Origin: a virus
IMG/VR virus record: IMGVR_UViG_3300044797_000185
Coordinates: 53,837 to 117,836 of that record
Direction: 5' to 3' (one strand)
Length of the DNA stretch: 64,000 nt
Shown here in pieces: positions 27,087-37,409 of the stretch; position 1 is the stretch's first letter, and each line of letters opens with the position of its first letter. The translations under genes and the position numbers were made by a program. Below the pieces are notes generated by a model. The model searched no databases. It saw nothing but the letters and a program-made list of their open reading frames with translations, and was not told where the DNA came from.

Positions 27087-27298
27087 CTGAGGGCGTGAAA
27101 CAAAAATTCAAAATTTCAAAACGATATAATAGAAGCATAAAAACTTCCGATGGTGGAGTTGTTAGTTTTGCTACCGAATTAGAAACTGAGGTTGAAGTTG
27201 ACTCAGGTGAAAAATTAGTTGCGGAATGTGATAAGCTGATTGAACAAGTTAAGTGGCTTACTGAAGCGGATATTGATAAAGCATTCGGAAAAGTTTAG
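27083..27298 (+). CDS. Hypothetical protein
   Basis: ATGA overlap; ORF track. Confidence 0.6.
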   Translation: MTEGVKQKFKISKRYNRSIKTSDGGVVSFATELETEVEVDSGEKLVAECDKLIEQVKWLTEADIDKAFGKV

Positions 27299-27307
27299 GA
27301 GAGTAAT

Positions 27308-27838
27308 ATGGCAAAACTTACAGAAGAACAACTTAGTGAACGATTGGAAGAACTTAAAAATATAAAGTTTGACCTTGACGTAGATCCAGTAGCTAAAGGG
27401 TTGAACTCTCTTAATGGTAAGATTGCAGAAGTGCAAGCAAACAAGAGTCGTGTATCTTATCTTGTGGGGGAAGCAATGCAAAATGTTGCTGCTCATGAGA
27501 TTGAGAAAGAAAGTGTTCAAGGAGAGTATGATAGAAATTTGGAAATGCTCCTTGCAACAGATGCAACAGTGGCAGCTCAAAAATCAGCAGAAATGCGTAA
27601 TACTCATGCTAAGATGAAGATGACTGATTTAGTACTTAAACTTCATCATGCTGAAATAGCAAGTATTAGGGCAGGATGGTATATGAAAATTCTACAAAAT
27701 GTTCATTCCAATCTTGAATCTGCTAATAATAACTTGAGTCGCCAAATTACCGTGATACAAATGGATCAAAATTTGCAAGGTGGCAATAATGGTAATAATA
27801 ATTTTCAACGTGGAACGCTGAAGAACATAAATATCTAA
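27308..27838 (+). CDS. Helical hypothetical protein in recombination cluster
   Basis: Coiled-coil composition; SD AGGAG. Confidence 0.6.
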   Translation: MAKLTEEQLSERLEELKNIKFDLDVDPVAKGLNSLNGKIAEVQANKSRVSYLVGEAMQNVAAHEIEKESVQGEYDRNLEMLLATDATVAAQKSAEMRNTHAKMKMTDLVLKLHHAEIASIRAGWYMKILQNVHSNLESANNNLSRQITVIQMDQNLQGGNNGNNNFQRGTLKNINI

Positions 27839-27856
27839 AAATTAAGGAGAAATAAA

Positions 27857-28471
27857 ATGGCAAAGCTCGATAAATTCGTCTTCAATAGGGTTGAATTGCA
27901 GGATAATATCTATTTCGCACGAATTAAGGATATTAAATTAAAGGTTTGGGAAAAAGATGATAGTAAGAGTTTGAATTGGTCTTTTGAATTGGTTCAACCT
28001 CCCCATCTTGGCAAAAAAGTCATAGTGTTTGGTAGCACAACAAATGTCCCTACTCCAAAGAATCGTTTGACGCAGTATGGATCAGCTCTTGGCTATACGA
28101 AAGAACAATTAGCATCCGATTCTTTTGATACGGATATTTTAATTGGCTCTTATGTGAAGGTGTTCTTGGAAACAACTCTTAAAGAAGATGGTACACCAAA
28201 ACAACATGTCACGAAGCTTTTGCCACTTACAGAATTGGATACTCAGCAACTTCAGCTTTGGCTTCAGCAAGCTCAGGTTACAGGTCCAGCTAAAGTAGCA
28301 ACAATGCAGCAAGCTCCTTTGACAGCATTCCCCACTCAACCAGCAGCTATTACAGCGACTCCTGTTGCAGCTCCAGCTGCTCAACCAGTTGTGACAGTTC
28401 CAGTCGTTACAGCACAACCTGTTGCAACTACTTCTGGTCCATTGAAAAGAGCAAATCCTTTTCCTTTCTAA
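27857..28471 (+). CDS. Putative single-stranded DNA-binding protein
   Basis: Beta-rich N-domain, low-complexity linker, aromatic PFPF tail, directly upstream of recA. Confidence 0.55.
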   Translation: MAKLDKFVFNRVELQDNIYFARIKDIKLKVWEKDDSKSLNWSFELVQPPHLGKKVIVFGSTTNVPTPKNRLTQYGSALGYTKEQLASDSFDTDILIGSYVKVFLETTLKEDGTPKQHVTKLLPLTELDTQQLQLWLQQAQVTGPAKVATMQQAPLTAFPTQPAAITATPVAAPAAQPVVTVPVVTAQPVATTSGPLKRANPFPF

Positions 28472-28501
28472 CGAAACATATCAATGAAACGAGGAGATAA
28501 T

Positions 28502-29494
28502 ATGGTAGAAGATACAAAAGAAGAAGGCAAGGAAAGTTTAAAGAAAGCCCTTGAGCGTATTAGTAAAGTTCATGAAATTATGGTATCTCAGATTAAAAAT
28601 ATAGAGAGACCTACCATCGATGTTATTCCCAGTGGAAGTTATGCACTTGATCATGCTCTTGGTGTAGGGGGATATCCTCGTGGTCGTATTATTGAGATGT
28701 TTGGTCAACCTTCAGGCGGTAAATCAACTCTTTCCCTCCTCGCAATTGCTTCTGTTCAAAAGAACGGAGGTGTTGCTGCCCTTATTGATACAGAACATGC
28801 TTTTTCTGCTGATTGGGCTGAAAAGCTTGGGGTTAATGTGGATGATCTTATTTTCGTTCAACCTGATTCAGGGGAACAAGCTCTTCAAATCGTAGAAGAA
28901 CTTGTTAAAACAGATAAAGTTGACTTACTTATTATTGATTCTGTAGCTGGTCTTGTGCCTAAGAGCGTTTTAGAAGCAGAACTTGGGGCTCAGACTATGG
29001 GTGTTCAAGCTAGGATGCTTAGTAGTTGTCTTAGCAGATTGACAGGTGTTATTGGCAAATCGAAGGCTGTAGTTATTTTTATTAATCAACTTAGGGCTAA
29101 ATTGGGAACATATGTACCCACTCAGATTACTCCTGGTGGAGAAGCCCTTAAGTTTTATTCTTCAGTTCGACTTGACGTTAAGAAAATGTCTCAATCGGAG
29201 ATTAAGGATGGAGAAGATATTCTTGGGCATCGTGTTGAAGTGAAACTTGTTAAAAATAAAGTCGCTCCTCCTTTTAGGAAAGCAGAATTCACATTACGAT
29301 TCCTTGAAGGTGTAGATCGTGTTGATGAACTTATTACTCTTGGGCTTAAGCTTGAAATTATTGCTCAAGCGGGACCCATGTATACCTTTGGTGATATTAC
29401 AGCTAAAGGTAGAGAGAAACTTGATGAAGCTGTTAACGCTGATAAGAAAGTTCAAGATACTCTTTGGAAAGCAATTCAGGAATATAAGAAATGA
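28502..29494 (+). CDS. recA: Recombinase RecA
   Basis: GGYPRGRIIEMFGQPSGGKS, IDTEHA, IDSVAGL, FINQLR, GGEALKFYSSVRL. Confidence 0.97.
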   Translation: MVEDTKEEGKESLKKALERISKVHEIMVSQIKNIERPTIDVIPSGSYALDHALGVGGYPRGRIIEMFGQPSGGKSTLSLLAIASVQKNGGVAALIDTEHAFSADWAEKLGVNVDDLIFVQPDSGEQALQIVEELVKTDKVDLLIIDSVAGLVPKSVLEAELGAQTMGVQARMLSSCLSRLTGVIGKSKAVVIFINQLRAKLGTYVPTQITPGGEALKFYSSVRLDVKKMSQSEIKDGEDILGHRVEVKLVKNKVAPPFRKAEFTLRFLEGVDRVDELITLGLKLEIIAQAGPMYTFGDITAKGREKLDEAVNADKKVQDTLWKAIQEYKK

Positions 29495-29606
29495 TCTTGC
29501 TTGGACTTTTTATTTGGTCCTTAATTAGTGGACATACAGGAATAGCTTTTATTTTATTTCTGGATTTTATATTAGAAGTTCCCCATAAATGTAGGAAATG
29601 TAAATT

Positions 29607-30068
29607 ATGTCTATAGTATATAAAAAAGGTAGTTTATTTGATGCCCCCAAAGATTCTATCCTTGTGCATAGTTGTAATGCCCAAGGAGTGTGGGGAAGCG
29701 GGATTGCAAAAGAATTTAAAATACGCTTTCCAGAGTCCTATGAAATGTATCATCTTGGTTGTTTGGATGAAGATGCTACAGGATTAGGCATTCTTCTTCC
29801 TGAAGAGAATGGTTATAGAGTTGGATGTCTCATCACTTCGAAAAATTACGCAAATAAGAAAGATTCTATAGATGTTATTTTAAATAACACTGAAGCTGCT
29901 TTACAGATGTTTTTTACAACCCAGTTACTCGGATCAAAGGATGAGATTCATTCCTGTAAGTTTAATTCGGGATTATTTGGAGTTCCTTGGGAAAAGACAG
30001 AAAAAATACTACTAGATATTATGAAAGAAATAGGATATACTAAAGAGTGGACAGTATGGGAGTTATAA
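29607..30068 (+). CDS. Macro domain (ADP-ribose binding/hydrolase, Poa1-like)
   Basis: GSLF..LVHSCNAQGVWGSGIA..F..FNSGLFGVPW. Confidence 0.9.
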   Translation: MSIVYKKGSLFDAPKDSILVHSCNAQGVWGSGIAKEFKIRFPESYEMYHLGCLDEDATGLGILLPEENGYRVGCLITSKNYANKKDSIDVILNNTEAALQMFFTTQLLGSKDEIHSCKFNSGLFGVPWEKTEKILLDIMKEIGYTKEWTVWEL

Positions 30069-30185
30069 TGAAATGTGTATTGTGTGGTGAGGAAACATCT
30101 GGAACATATAATCGTTACCCTATTTGTTGTTTTCATTATGAAAATGGAGAAGATTTGAGCATGTTAGATACTAAGGAGATTACAA

Positions 30186-31496
30186 ATGGCTGATTCGAAA
30201 TTAGTAAAAGATATTGTTAAACATATTGAAAGTATTGCCGAGAGATTACAACTTGAACCTTATCAATTAGGTAAAGCACAATTTAAAGAATTTTCAAAAA
30301 TTTCGGAATGGGATCTTCGTAAGGTTGGTGGGTATGCCACATTAATTCAAACATATTTTCCTGTGCCAGATAAAGCACTTAAGGATATTGAACTGAATAA
30401 GCAACGTAAATCTTATTTAAATAAATTAGAGAAGCAATATGGCTCATGGGAGATGTTTTCTGAAAATCTTACTAATTCATTGGTTAAAAATTTAGAAAAA
30501 CTTAAAGTAGAACCTAAGATTCTTAATGAAAAGGCTACTAAAGAATATATTAAAAGTGTAGCAAAGACTGAGCTTCATGATTCTTCTCCACATTCTATTT
30601 GTGTTGCACTCACAGATCTGCACTTTGGAACTAATGTAGATGCAAGAGAATTAGGTGGAAAAAATGAATTCAATTGGATTATTGCAGCCCGTCGATTTGG
30701 ATTTATTATTGAACAACTAGAGACATATAAGATGGAGTCACGTCAACGTCATGAAGAAGTTGTGTTTCTTCTTGGTGGGGATTTAATTGGTGGTATTATC
30801 CATAACCAAGAAGGTCCAGACTATGATTTGATCACCTTTCAGGTTAATGGAGCTTTGAGTTATTTTATTCAAGCATTTGAGCATATTAAAGCATTTTATC
30901 CTAAGATTCGTGTAGTTTGTCAACCTGGAAACCATGGTCGAATGATGCATAAGCAATCAAAGGATCGTGCATTGTCCCAAAAATATGATTCATTTGAGAA
31001 TATTATTTTTTACGCTCTTTCACGATATTTTCATACTGATCCAAAAGTTGAGATTATTGTACCTAAGACTCCATATGCAGAAGTCACCGTTCAGGGGCAT
31101 AGAATTTTTATGACTCATGGTGATGGAGTATTTGTAACTGGTAATCCTGGTAAGAGTATCAATACTGATAATATTGATAAACAAGTTCAACGGGTTAATG
31201 CGGAAGAACGTAATAAGAATCGTAAGCCTTTCGAGTTGTTCGTATTTGGTCATGTGCACCAACCTGCACATTTCCAGGTAAGCAGCGGAGCACATATCAT
31301 TATTAATGGCAGCATGATCGGCACAGATTCATTTGCTCAAGGTGTTGGCATCATGAGTAGTAATCCAGTTCAGGTTGTGTGGGAAATGAATTCAAAGTTT
31401 GCGGTAGGTGATAGTCGTTGGTTGTTTGTCTCAGATGCGGATAAAGAAAAACGTTTAGAAAGCATCATCGCCCCATACAATTACGAGTTAGCATAA
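30186..31496 (+). CDS. Metallophosphoesterase with long N-terminal extension
   Basis: DLHFG, GGD, GNHG, HGD, GHVH. Confidence 0.85.
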   Translation: MADSKLVKDIVKHIESIAERLQLEPYQLGKAQFKEFSKISEWDLRKVGGYATLIQTYFPVPDKALKDIELNKQRKSYLNKLEKQYGSWEMFSENLTNSLVKNLEKLKVEPKILNEKATKEYIKSVAKTELHDSSPHSICVALTDLHFGTNVDARELGGKNEFNWIIAARRFGFIIEQLETYKMESRQRHEEVVFLLGGDLIGGIIHNQEGPDYDLITFQVNGALSYFIQAFEHIKAFYPKIRVVCQPGNHGRMMHKQSKDRALSQKYDSFENIIFYALSRYFHTDPKVEIIVPKTPYAEVTVQGHRIFMTHGDGVFVTGNPGKSINTDNIDKQVQRVNAEERNKNRKPFELFVFGHVHQPAHFQVSSGAHIIINGSMIGTDSFAQGVGIMSSNPVQVVWEMNSKFAVGDSRWLFVSDADKEKRLESIIAPYNYELA

Positions 31497-31505
31497 AGGA
31501 GATTT

Positions 31506-32918
31506 ATGTCAAATAGTGAACATAGACCAAAACCAAAGAATTTAATGGCTTCAGCATTTGATGCAATGCCCCCGCTTCTCGCTCAGAATATGAGTGCAAA
31601 AGACCATGTGACAGCTCTTAAAGAATCACGTTGGAATAATGATTATCAGACAGAATATCAAAAGAACTTCTTAGCAGTAAATTCGATTGATGATATTGTG
31701 TATTCTGATCATCGATGTTCTATTGCTAATGCGCTTGTTATAAGATATGTGCTGCCAGATTTTATCAAAAATAAAGGTTTGAATATTGATAAGATTGTGA
31801 CCTTGGAAAATGATGGTGAATATGCGGGTGTGTTTGCTTCAATTGAGATAGCTCCTGGTAAAAAAGAAAGCCGACTTATTTATGGAAATTATCTTGTTTC
31901 CAATGATACCCAAAAATACATTATTCATACAGAAGAGGGTTATCAGGGAGATCATAAATTCCGTATAGCTAGTACAAAAGATGCTACTCCAGATGCCCAT
32001 TTATTTATGGAAGAACTTCTTAAATATGCTAGTGAAAATAACTTTTTAAAGGGTAAGAAGATCGATCCCAAATGTAATTTCATCAACTTTGATAAAAAAT
32101 ATGATTGGAATGACATTGTTCTTCCTGAGAAAATTAAAGATGATGTTCGAAGAAATCTTTTGAACCTCATTGAATCTCACGATATTTATAAGAAAAATGG
32201 TTTACAGGTTAAACGTGGGTTAATTTTATCTAGTGATCCTGGTACAGGTAAAAGTACTCTTGTGAAAATCTTGTGTAATCAGATTTCATGGAGTTTGGTT
32301 TGGGCTACACCAAAGCATCTTGGTGATGCAAAACAAGTAGCACAAATCATTGAACTTTGTAAAGAGCTTTCTCCTACTGTTCTTGTCCTAGAAGACATTG
32401 ACTTGTATGGTGGATCACGAGAGATGAATCATAATCCTGCTCTCTTGGGGGAAATGATGAATCAACTTGATGGTGTTCAAGATAATACAGACATTATCAC
32501 GATTGCTACAACTAACAATAAAGAAGTACTTGATAAAGCTCTTCTTAATCGTCCAGGACGATTCGATAAAGTCATTGATGTTCCGTTGCCAGATGTTGCT
32601 GAACGTTTGAAAATGATAAAAGTCTTCAGCAATGGATTAGTTGATGAGAATATGCCTTATCTGCTTCAAATTGCTAAGGAAGATTCTAATAAGTTTACTG
32701 GTGCAAAAGTACGTGAGTTAGTAAACATGGCAATTTTGTTTGCTGTGGATGAAAAATCTTATGATGCAAATCAGAAAATTATTGTAACAGAAATGCATTT
32801 TAAAAAAGCAGCTGCTACAGTAAATAATAAGGATTTCTCTAAGATTACAGGGTTTAATCCTACTGGAGCTTCTTCTTCATTGGGAAGTCGCTTTGATGAC
32901 ATGTGCCTTGATGACTAA
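31506..32918 (+). CDS. AAA+ ATPase
   Basis: Walker A PGTGKS, Walker B VLVLED, SRH ALLNRPGRFD. Confidence 0.9.
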   Translation: MSNSEHRPKPKNLMASAFDAMPPLLAQNMSAKDHVTALKESRWNNDYQTEYQKNFLAVNSIDDIVYSDHRCSIANALVIRYVLPDFIKNKGLNIDKIVTLENDGEYAGVFASIEIAPGKKESRLIYGNYLVSNDTQKYIIHTEEGYQGDHKFRIASTKDATPDAHLFMEELLKYASENNFLKGKKIDPKCNFINFDKKYDWNDIVLPEKIKDDVRRNLLNLIESHDIYKKNGLQVKRGLILSSDPGTGKSTLVKILCNQISWSLVWATPKHLGDAKQVAQIIELCKELSPTVLVLEDIDLYGGSREMNHNPALLGEMMNQLDGVQDNTDIITIATTNNKEVLDKALLNRPGRFDKVIDVPLPDVAERLKMIKVFSNGLVDENMPYLLQIAKEDSNKFTGAKVRELVNMAILFAVDEKSYDANQKIIVTEMHFKKAAATVNNKDFSKITGFNPTGASSSLGSRFDDMCLDD

Positions 32919-33096
32919 GGAATAAATAAAATGCGTTACGAGGATGGTTCTGAAGCAAAAGAAATTGTAGATAGCTTGTATTGTGATTTTGATTGGTATT
33001 ATCTTGAAAAATGGACAAAGAAAGATATTAACCAATTCAAAAATTTAGTACGAGAGCTTAACGACTTATCACGAAAAATTAAATAGGAGCTATAAA

Positions 33097-33522
33097 ATGG
33101 CAAAGACAAAATATTCGGATGTAGATTCTTCTGTTTCCGACATGGTTATTAGGGTTATGAATGCTTGGCCTGATAGATTTATTCATATCAATCGTCCTGA
33201 TCTTCATTTAATCTTCAAGGATGCCCCAAAGAGTATATGGGGAGCAAAAACTAATGTGACCAATGGTTTATATCGTGCATTGACAAAAAAGAAACTTATT
33301 ATCCAGATTTGGAAACAAGGTTGGGCTTTGGATAAAGAAGTTGATCGTGCATTGATTATTTTCCGTGAACTTTCAAGAATTGATCTTAACGATAAAGATA
33401 AATCTGAGTATCGTTTGATTAAGCCAGATCTCAATGACTTTAAGTTTCTTTTAGAGAAAATTGGATTGAACCATGAAAATAAGGATGCCTTTTTTTCCAA
33501 AATCTTATCTGTAGCAAAATAA
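33097..33522 (+). CDS. Phage metallopeptidase-like protein, catalytic motif degenerate
   Basis: Overall pattern fits the family but HExxH is replaced by RELSR. Confidence 0.45.
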   Translation: MAKTKYSDVDSSVSDMVIRVMNAWPDRFIHINRPDLHLIFKDAPKSIWGAKTNVTNGLYRALTKKKLIIQIWKQGWALDKEVDRALIIFRELSRIDLNDKDKSEYRLIKPDLNDFKFLLEKIGLNHENKDAFFSKILSVAK

Positions 33523-33523
33523 G

Positions 33524-33865
33524 ATGGTCAAGCAAGTCATAGTAATGAGAAAAGATCTAAATATGCGGAAGGGTAAGATGGTTGCCCAAGGTTGTCACGC
33601 TGCTATTGGATCGTTAAAAGAAGCTTCTTCCAAAGATATTAAGATGTGGGAAGAAGATGGTTGTACGAAAATATGTGTCTCGGTAGATAGCGAGTTGGCA
33701 TTGAAGAGTATTTATGCACATGCAGTAGAAGCAGTTCTTCCTTGTTACTTAGTTCTTGACGCTGGACGTACAGAATTTAAACAACCTACTTATACTTGTT
33801 GCAGTATCGGGCCAGCATCTACTGAATTGATAGATAAAATCACAGGTACTTTAACTTTACTATAA
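33524..33865 (+). CDS. pth2: Peptidyl-tRNA hydrolase type 2
   Basis: KQVIVMRKDLNM..GKMVAQGCHA, KIC, DAGRTE, IGP..IDKITG.L.LL. Confidence 0.95.
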   Translation: MVKQVIVMRKDLNMRKGKMVAQGCHAAIGSLKEASSKDIKMWEEDGCTKICVSVDSELALKSIYAHAVEAVLPCYLVLDAGRTEFKQPTYTCCSIGPASTELIDKITGTLTLL

Positions 33866-34986
33866 TGTATTTGTCTAAAATAATACTAGAAAATTTCCAG
33901 TCATTTGAAAAAGGGGAATTTGTTTTATCCCCGAATCTCAATATTTTGGTTGGTGTTTCGAATGTAGGAAAGAGTAGCGTTGCAAGGGCTCTTTCCCTTG
34001 TGCTATTTAATAAATGGGATAAATCTTGGGTACGGTTTGGAGCAAAATACTGCAAAGTTACAATTCAAACAAGTACAGGTATATCAGTAATTAGAGAGAA
34101 GGGTGAAAAAGTTAATAGGTACATTCTTTTTTTTGATGGAGCTGCTGCTCAAGTGTATGAATCCTTTGGTACAGGAGTTCCTGAGCCAGTTCAACAAGCT
34201 TTAAGAATTCACGAAGTTCAAATTGATACAACTGATACTCTTAATTTAAACTTGGCTGGACAAATGGATGCTTTGTTTTTGTTGTCCCAAACAGGTAGTT
34301 ATAGGGCTAAGGTGCTTGGTAAACTTTCAGGTGCAACGTATCTAGATCATGCTATTAGAGAATTGAATAAGGATAAAAGGCAAGTTACTGCTGAGAAAGG
34401 TTCTAAAGAATTAGAGTTAGTAGAATTGCAGGAGCAAATAGACAAACTCTCATCAGTTGAAATATACAAAGAGCACATTAGCGAAATTGAGACAAAATTG
34501 AATACCTTAAGCACTCAGGAAGCCCGATTAGAGCGAATCCGTGAGCTTTCTAGGCGTGTAAAAGCTTTTAAGGTGTCTTGGGGAAGAGAAACACAAATTG
34601 AGTCCCTTATTGAACAACTTGACCTCAGCATACTTAACAGTTTAACTCTAAAAGTAGATAAGATTAAACAAATTGGTTCACTTTTGGATAAAATTGGGAA
34701 TACTGTGTTATCTATTGAGAAGCAAAATAAACTTCAATTTATACTTGATCAAGTTAATTTACCTAGTATATCAGAATTTACAGAACGAATAGTCCGAATA
34801 AATAAAATTACTAACTTATCTAATAGACTTAATAAGAATCAAAAGGAACTTGTAAGTAAAACTGATGAGTTGGCTCAGGTAGAGCAAAAATATCATGAGA
34901 CAAAAACACAATATTCTGATATGCTTAAGCAGAATGGTACTTGTCCTCTATGTGGTGTTAGCACAGGTGATGTATGCGTGTCATAA
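33865..34986 (+). CDS. SbcC/Rad50 ATPase, N-terminal half
   Basis: LENFQS, GVSNVGKSS, Q-loop, coiled coil, ends at Zn-hook CPLCG. Confidence 0.88.
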   Translation: MYLSKIILENFQSFEKGEFVLSPNLNILVGVSNVGKSSVARALSLVLFNKWDKSWVRFGAKYCKVTIQTSTGISVIREKGEKVNRYILFFDGAAAQVYESFGTGVPEPVQQALRIHEVQIDTTDTLNLNLAGQMDALFLLSQTGSYRAKVLGKLSGATYLDHAIRELNKDKRQVTAEKGSKELELVELQEQIDKLSSVEIYKEHISEIETKLNTLSTQEARLERIRELSRRVKAFKVSWGRETQIESLIEQLDLSILNSLTLKVDKIKQIGSLLDKIGNTVLSIEKQNKLQFILDQVNLPSISEFTERIVRINKITNLSNRLNKNQKELVSKTDELAQVEQKYHETKTQYSDMLKQNGTCPLCGVSTGDVCVS

Positions 34987-35330
34987 TTGCTGGTAGCAGA
35001 ACAATTACAGATGCTATAGAAGTTGAGAAGGCTATTAAATTGAGTGGATTTCAAATAACTGAAGTGATTTCTGGTGGTGCTCAGGGTGTAGATTCTCTTG
35101 GGGCATCTTGGGCAAATACAAATAAGATTCCTTGTAGTTTTTTTATGGCTGATTGGAAACAACATGGGAAAGCAGCAGGACCAATACGTAATAGCTTAAT
35201 GGCCTCAGAAGCAGAAGCATTGATCTTAGTTTGGGATGGGCAATCGCGTGGGTCTAATGATATGTTGAATAAAGCAAATGCAAAAGGATTAAAAGTATTT
35301 ACACATTTAGTACTTGGGGAAAAGAAATGA
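34974..35330 (+). CDS. SLOG family protein (YspA/DUF2493-like)
   Basis: RVIIAGSR, EVISGGAQGVDSLG, GKAAGPIRN, WDGQSRGS. Confidence 0.9.
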   Translation: MRVIIAGSRTITDAIEVEKAIKLSGFQITEVISGGAQGVDSLGASWANTNKIPCSFFMADWKQHGKAAGPIRNSLMASEAEALILVWDGQSRGSNDMLNKANAKGLKVFTHLVLGEKK

Positions 35331-36250
35331 AGTTTCTCTTATTTAGTGATCAGCATCTTCGTAGTCAGTCAGATCGTCCTAAGTGGCGACTTGATGATCA
35401 TTACAAAACACAATTTGAAGAGCTAGAAGAAGTATCCACTCTAGCTAAGATTCATAAGATTGATATGGTTATTGGTCTTGGTGACTTCATTCATCATCCC
35501 GATATATCACATACCTTGGTATCAGATATTATGAATTGGTGCAAAACATTACCATGTGCTTTTTATACAATTGTAGGTAATCATTGTTGCTATGCTTATC
35601 GCACTAATGATTTAAAAAGTAGTGCTTTAGGTGTGTTGTTTGAAAGTGGAGCAATAAATCGATTGGATGAATTGATATTTGAAAAAGAAAAAGTAATTAT
35701 TCGTGGTGTTCATGCTAATCTAGATCCTAAGATTGGTAATTATATGTTTGATGAGAAATATGATACCTATTATAAATTAATAGCGAGTCATAATTTTATA
35801 ATTCCCCATGTTGTTCCTTTCGATGCTGTCTTGCCCAGTCAAGTAAATACAAATGCAAATTTGATTGCTTTGGGACATTATCATCAGAGTTTCGGAGTTA
35901 TTGAAGGTAAAACTCAATTTGTGAATCCAGGGTCACTAAGTAGATGGGCTATTAATGAGCAGCATCAACCACAAGTATTAATTATAGATACTATAACAGG
36001 AATTATTAGTTCTGTGTTGCTTCAAAGTTCACTTCCAGCAAATGAGATTTTTGATCTTACCGCAGCAGCAGAACTTAAATCAACAGAAATGAATTTGCAA
36101 AGTTTTATTGAGTCTTTAGAAGGAACAAGTTTTGAAAACGTGGATCTTGAACAAGTTTTGTTAGCTGAAGGGAAAAATCAACAAATTGGTCAGGCAATCC
36201 TAGATATGGCATTAACAAAAGTACAACAGGCAAAGGAGGAGTTGAAATGA
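35327..36250 (+). CDS. SbcD/Mre11-like nuclease
   Basis: SDQH, LGD, GNH, SH, LGHYH, NPGS. Confidence 0.9.
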   Translation: MKFLLFSDQHLRSQSDRPKWRLDDHYKTQFEELEEVSTLAKIHKIDMVIGLGDFIHHPDISHTLVSDIMNWCKTLPCAFYTIVGNHCCYAYRTNDLKSSALGVLFESGAINRLDELIFEKEKVIIRGVHANLDPKIGNYMFDEKYDTYYKLIASHNFIIPHVVPFDAVLPSQVNTNANLIALGHYHQSFGVIEGKTQFVNPGSLSRWAINEQHQPQVLIIDTITGIISSVLLQSSLPANEIFDLTAAAELKSTEMNLQSFIESLEGTSFENVDLEQVLLAEGKNQQIGQAILDMALTKVQQAKEELK

Positions 36251-36501
36251 GTGTTGAACAAGATCTTTTAACTTTAAAAGCTAAAGGTGAGAAATTAGGA
36301 AGTTTGAAGATTGAGAATGCTACGAAACTTCAAATGTTGGAACAAGATAAAGAAAAGCTTTTGGCTGAGGCTAAAGAATTAGGCATAGATCCTCAAAAAA
36401 TTGAGGAGATATTGCAAGCTGAAGAAACAGCTCTTCAACAAGAAGTTACAAAATTGGGTGATGAAGTAAATAGGATTTTGGATGAAATCAGTCGAGTATA
36501 A
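36247..36501 (+). CDS. Short coiled-coil protein, possibly a third SbcC fragment
   Basis: Heptad-rich, lies between SbcD and the SbcC C-half. Confidence 0.55.
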   Translation: MSVEQDLLTLKAKGEKLGSLKIENATKLQMLEQDKEKLLAEAKELGIDPQKIEEILQAEETALQQEVTKLGDEVNRILDEISRV

Positions 36502-36784
36502 GAGCCCTTGTAAAGCTTGTTTTCATACCCATAGTGATTCTGTTTGCAATTGGCAAGTAGAAAAACAGGGTATTATTAGATTAAAACCTTATAATAATAA
36601 CTTATGGAATTCTCCACATTCTCATATGCATGGACAAAATATAGAAGATGTATACCCAGTACCTTATGTAAATTCAGCTGAAGAATCTTTTATTTATAAA
36701 CAAGAACTAGATTGTGGTTGTATGTTTTACGTTCCCAGTGCAAATTTGGAATTTCTTGAATGGAAATATGATGAATCTAAATAA
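36482..36784 (+). CDS. Cys/His microprotein, DNLxYLE family
   Basis: PCKAC.H.H..C..CGC..Y.PSANLEFLEWKYD. Confidence 0.7.
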   Translation: MKSVEYKSPCKACFHTHSDSVCNWQVEKQGIIRLKPYNNNLWNSPHSHMHGQNIEDVYPVPYVNSAEESFIYKQELDCGCMFYVPSANLEFLEWKYDESK

Positions 36785-37409
36785 TCAATTTGATCAACTA
36801 AAAAATGCTTACAATAGAAAATTGGGACAACTTCAGGCATTAAGAGATAGAGCTTCTTCTTGCCAGGAGAAAGTCATACAGTTAACCCTTAAGGAAGAAA
36901 CTACTATAAAGGCATCTCTCTTTTTACAATCTCTTTCTGATCAGACTCGTCTTCAAGTACTTGATAAAATTTCAGGCATAGTAACTGATGCGCTTCAAAC
37001 TGTTAAAGATAAAAATCTTGTATTTCAGATGAATCTAGTGACGAAGAATAATCAACCTACCTTGGAAATGGGAATCCTAGATAAATTATCAGGTCAGACT
37101 TATGATATCCTTAATTCATTTGGTGGTGGAGTTGCGGATATAATTTCTCTATCTTTACGGGTAGCACTTCTTTGCAAATGGCAACCTAGCCTTTCAAGAG
37201 TTCTTATTTTAGATGAAACTGCTAAATTTGTGGCCGTTAAAGATCAACAATTATTGTCTGTATTTGTTAGAAAGCTTTCTGAGGCTTTAAATTGTCAGTT
37301 TATATGGATTAGTCATAGTGATGTTCTGCAACAAGCAGCACACAAAACTTTCGAGGTAACTAAACATGCGGGAATCTCAACCGTTGAAGAAAAAATTAAC
37401 TTGGAATGA
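36768..37409 (+). CDS. SbcC/Rad50 ATPase, C-terminal half
   Basis: Signature-like SFGGG, Walker B LILDE, H-loop ISH. Confidence 0.88.
   Translation: MMNLNNQFDQLKNAYNRKLGQLQALRDRASSCQEKVIQLTLKEETTIKASLFLQSLSDQTRLQVLDKISGIVTDALQTVKDKNLVFQMNLVTKNNQPTLEMGILDKLSGQTYDILNSFGGGVADIISLSLRVALLCKWQPSLSRVLILDETAKFVAVKDQQLLSVFVRKLSEALNCQFIWISHSDVLQQAAHKTFEVTKHAGISTVEEKINLE

Noticed and set aside
33097-33522. Active metallopeptidase
   Set aside because: The zinc-binding HExxH motif is absent
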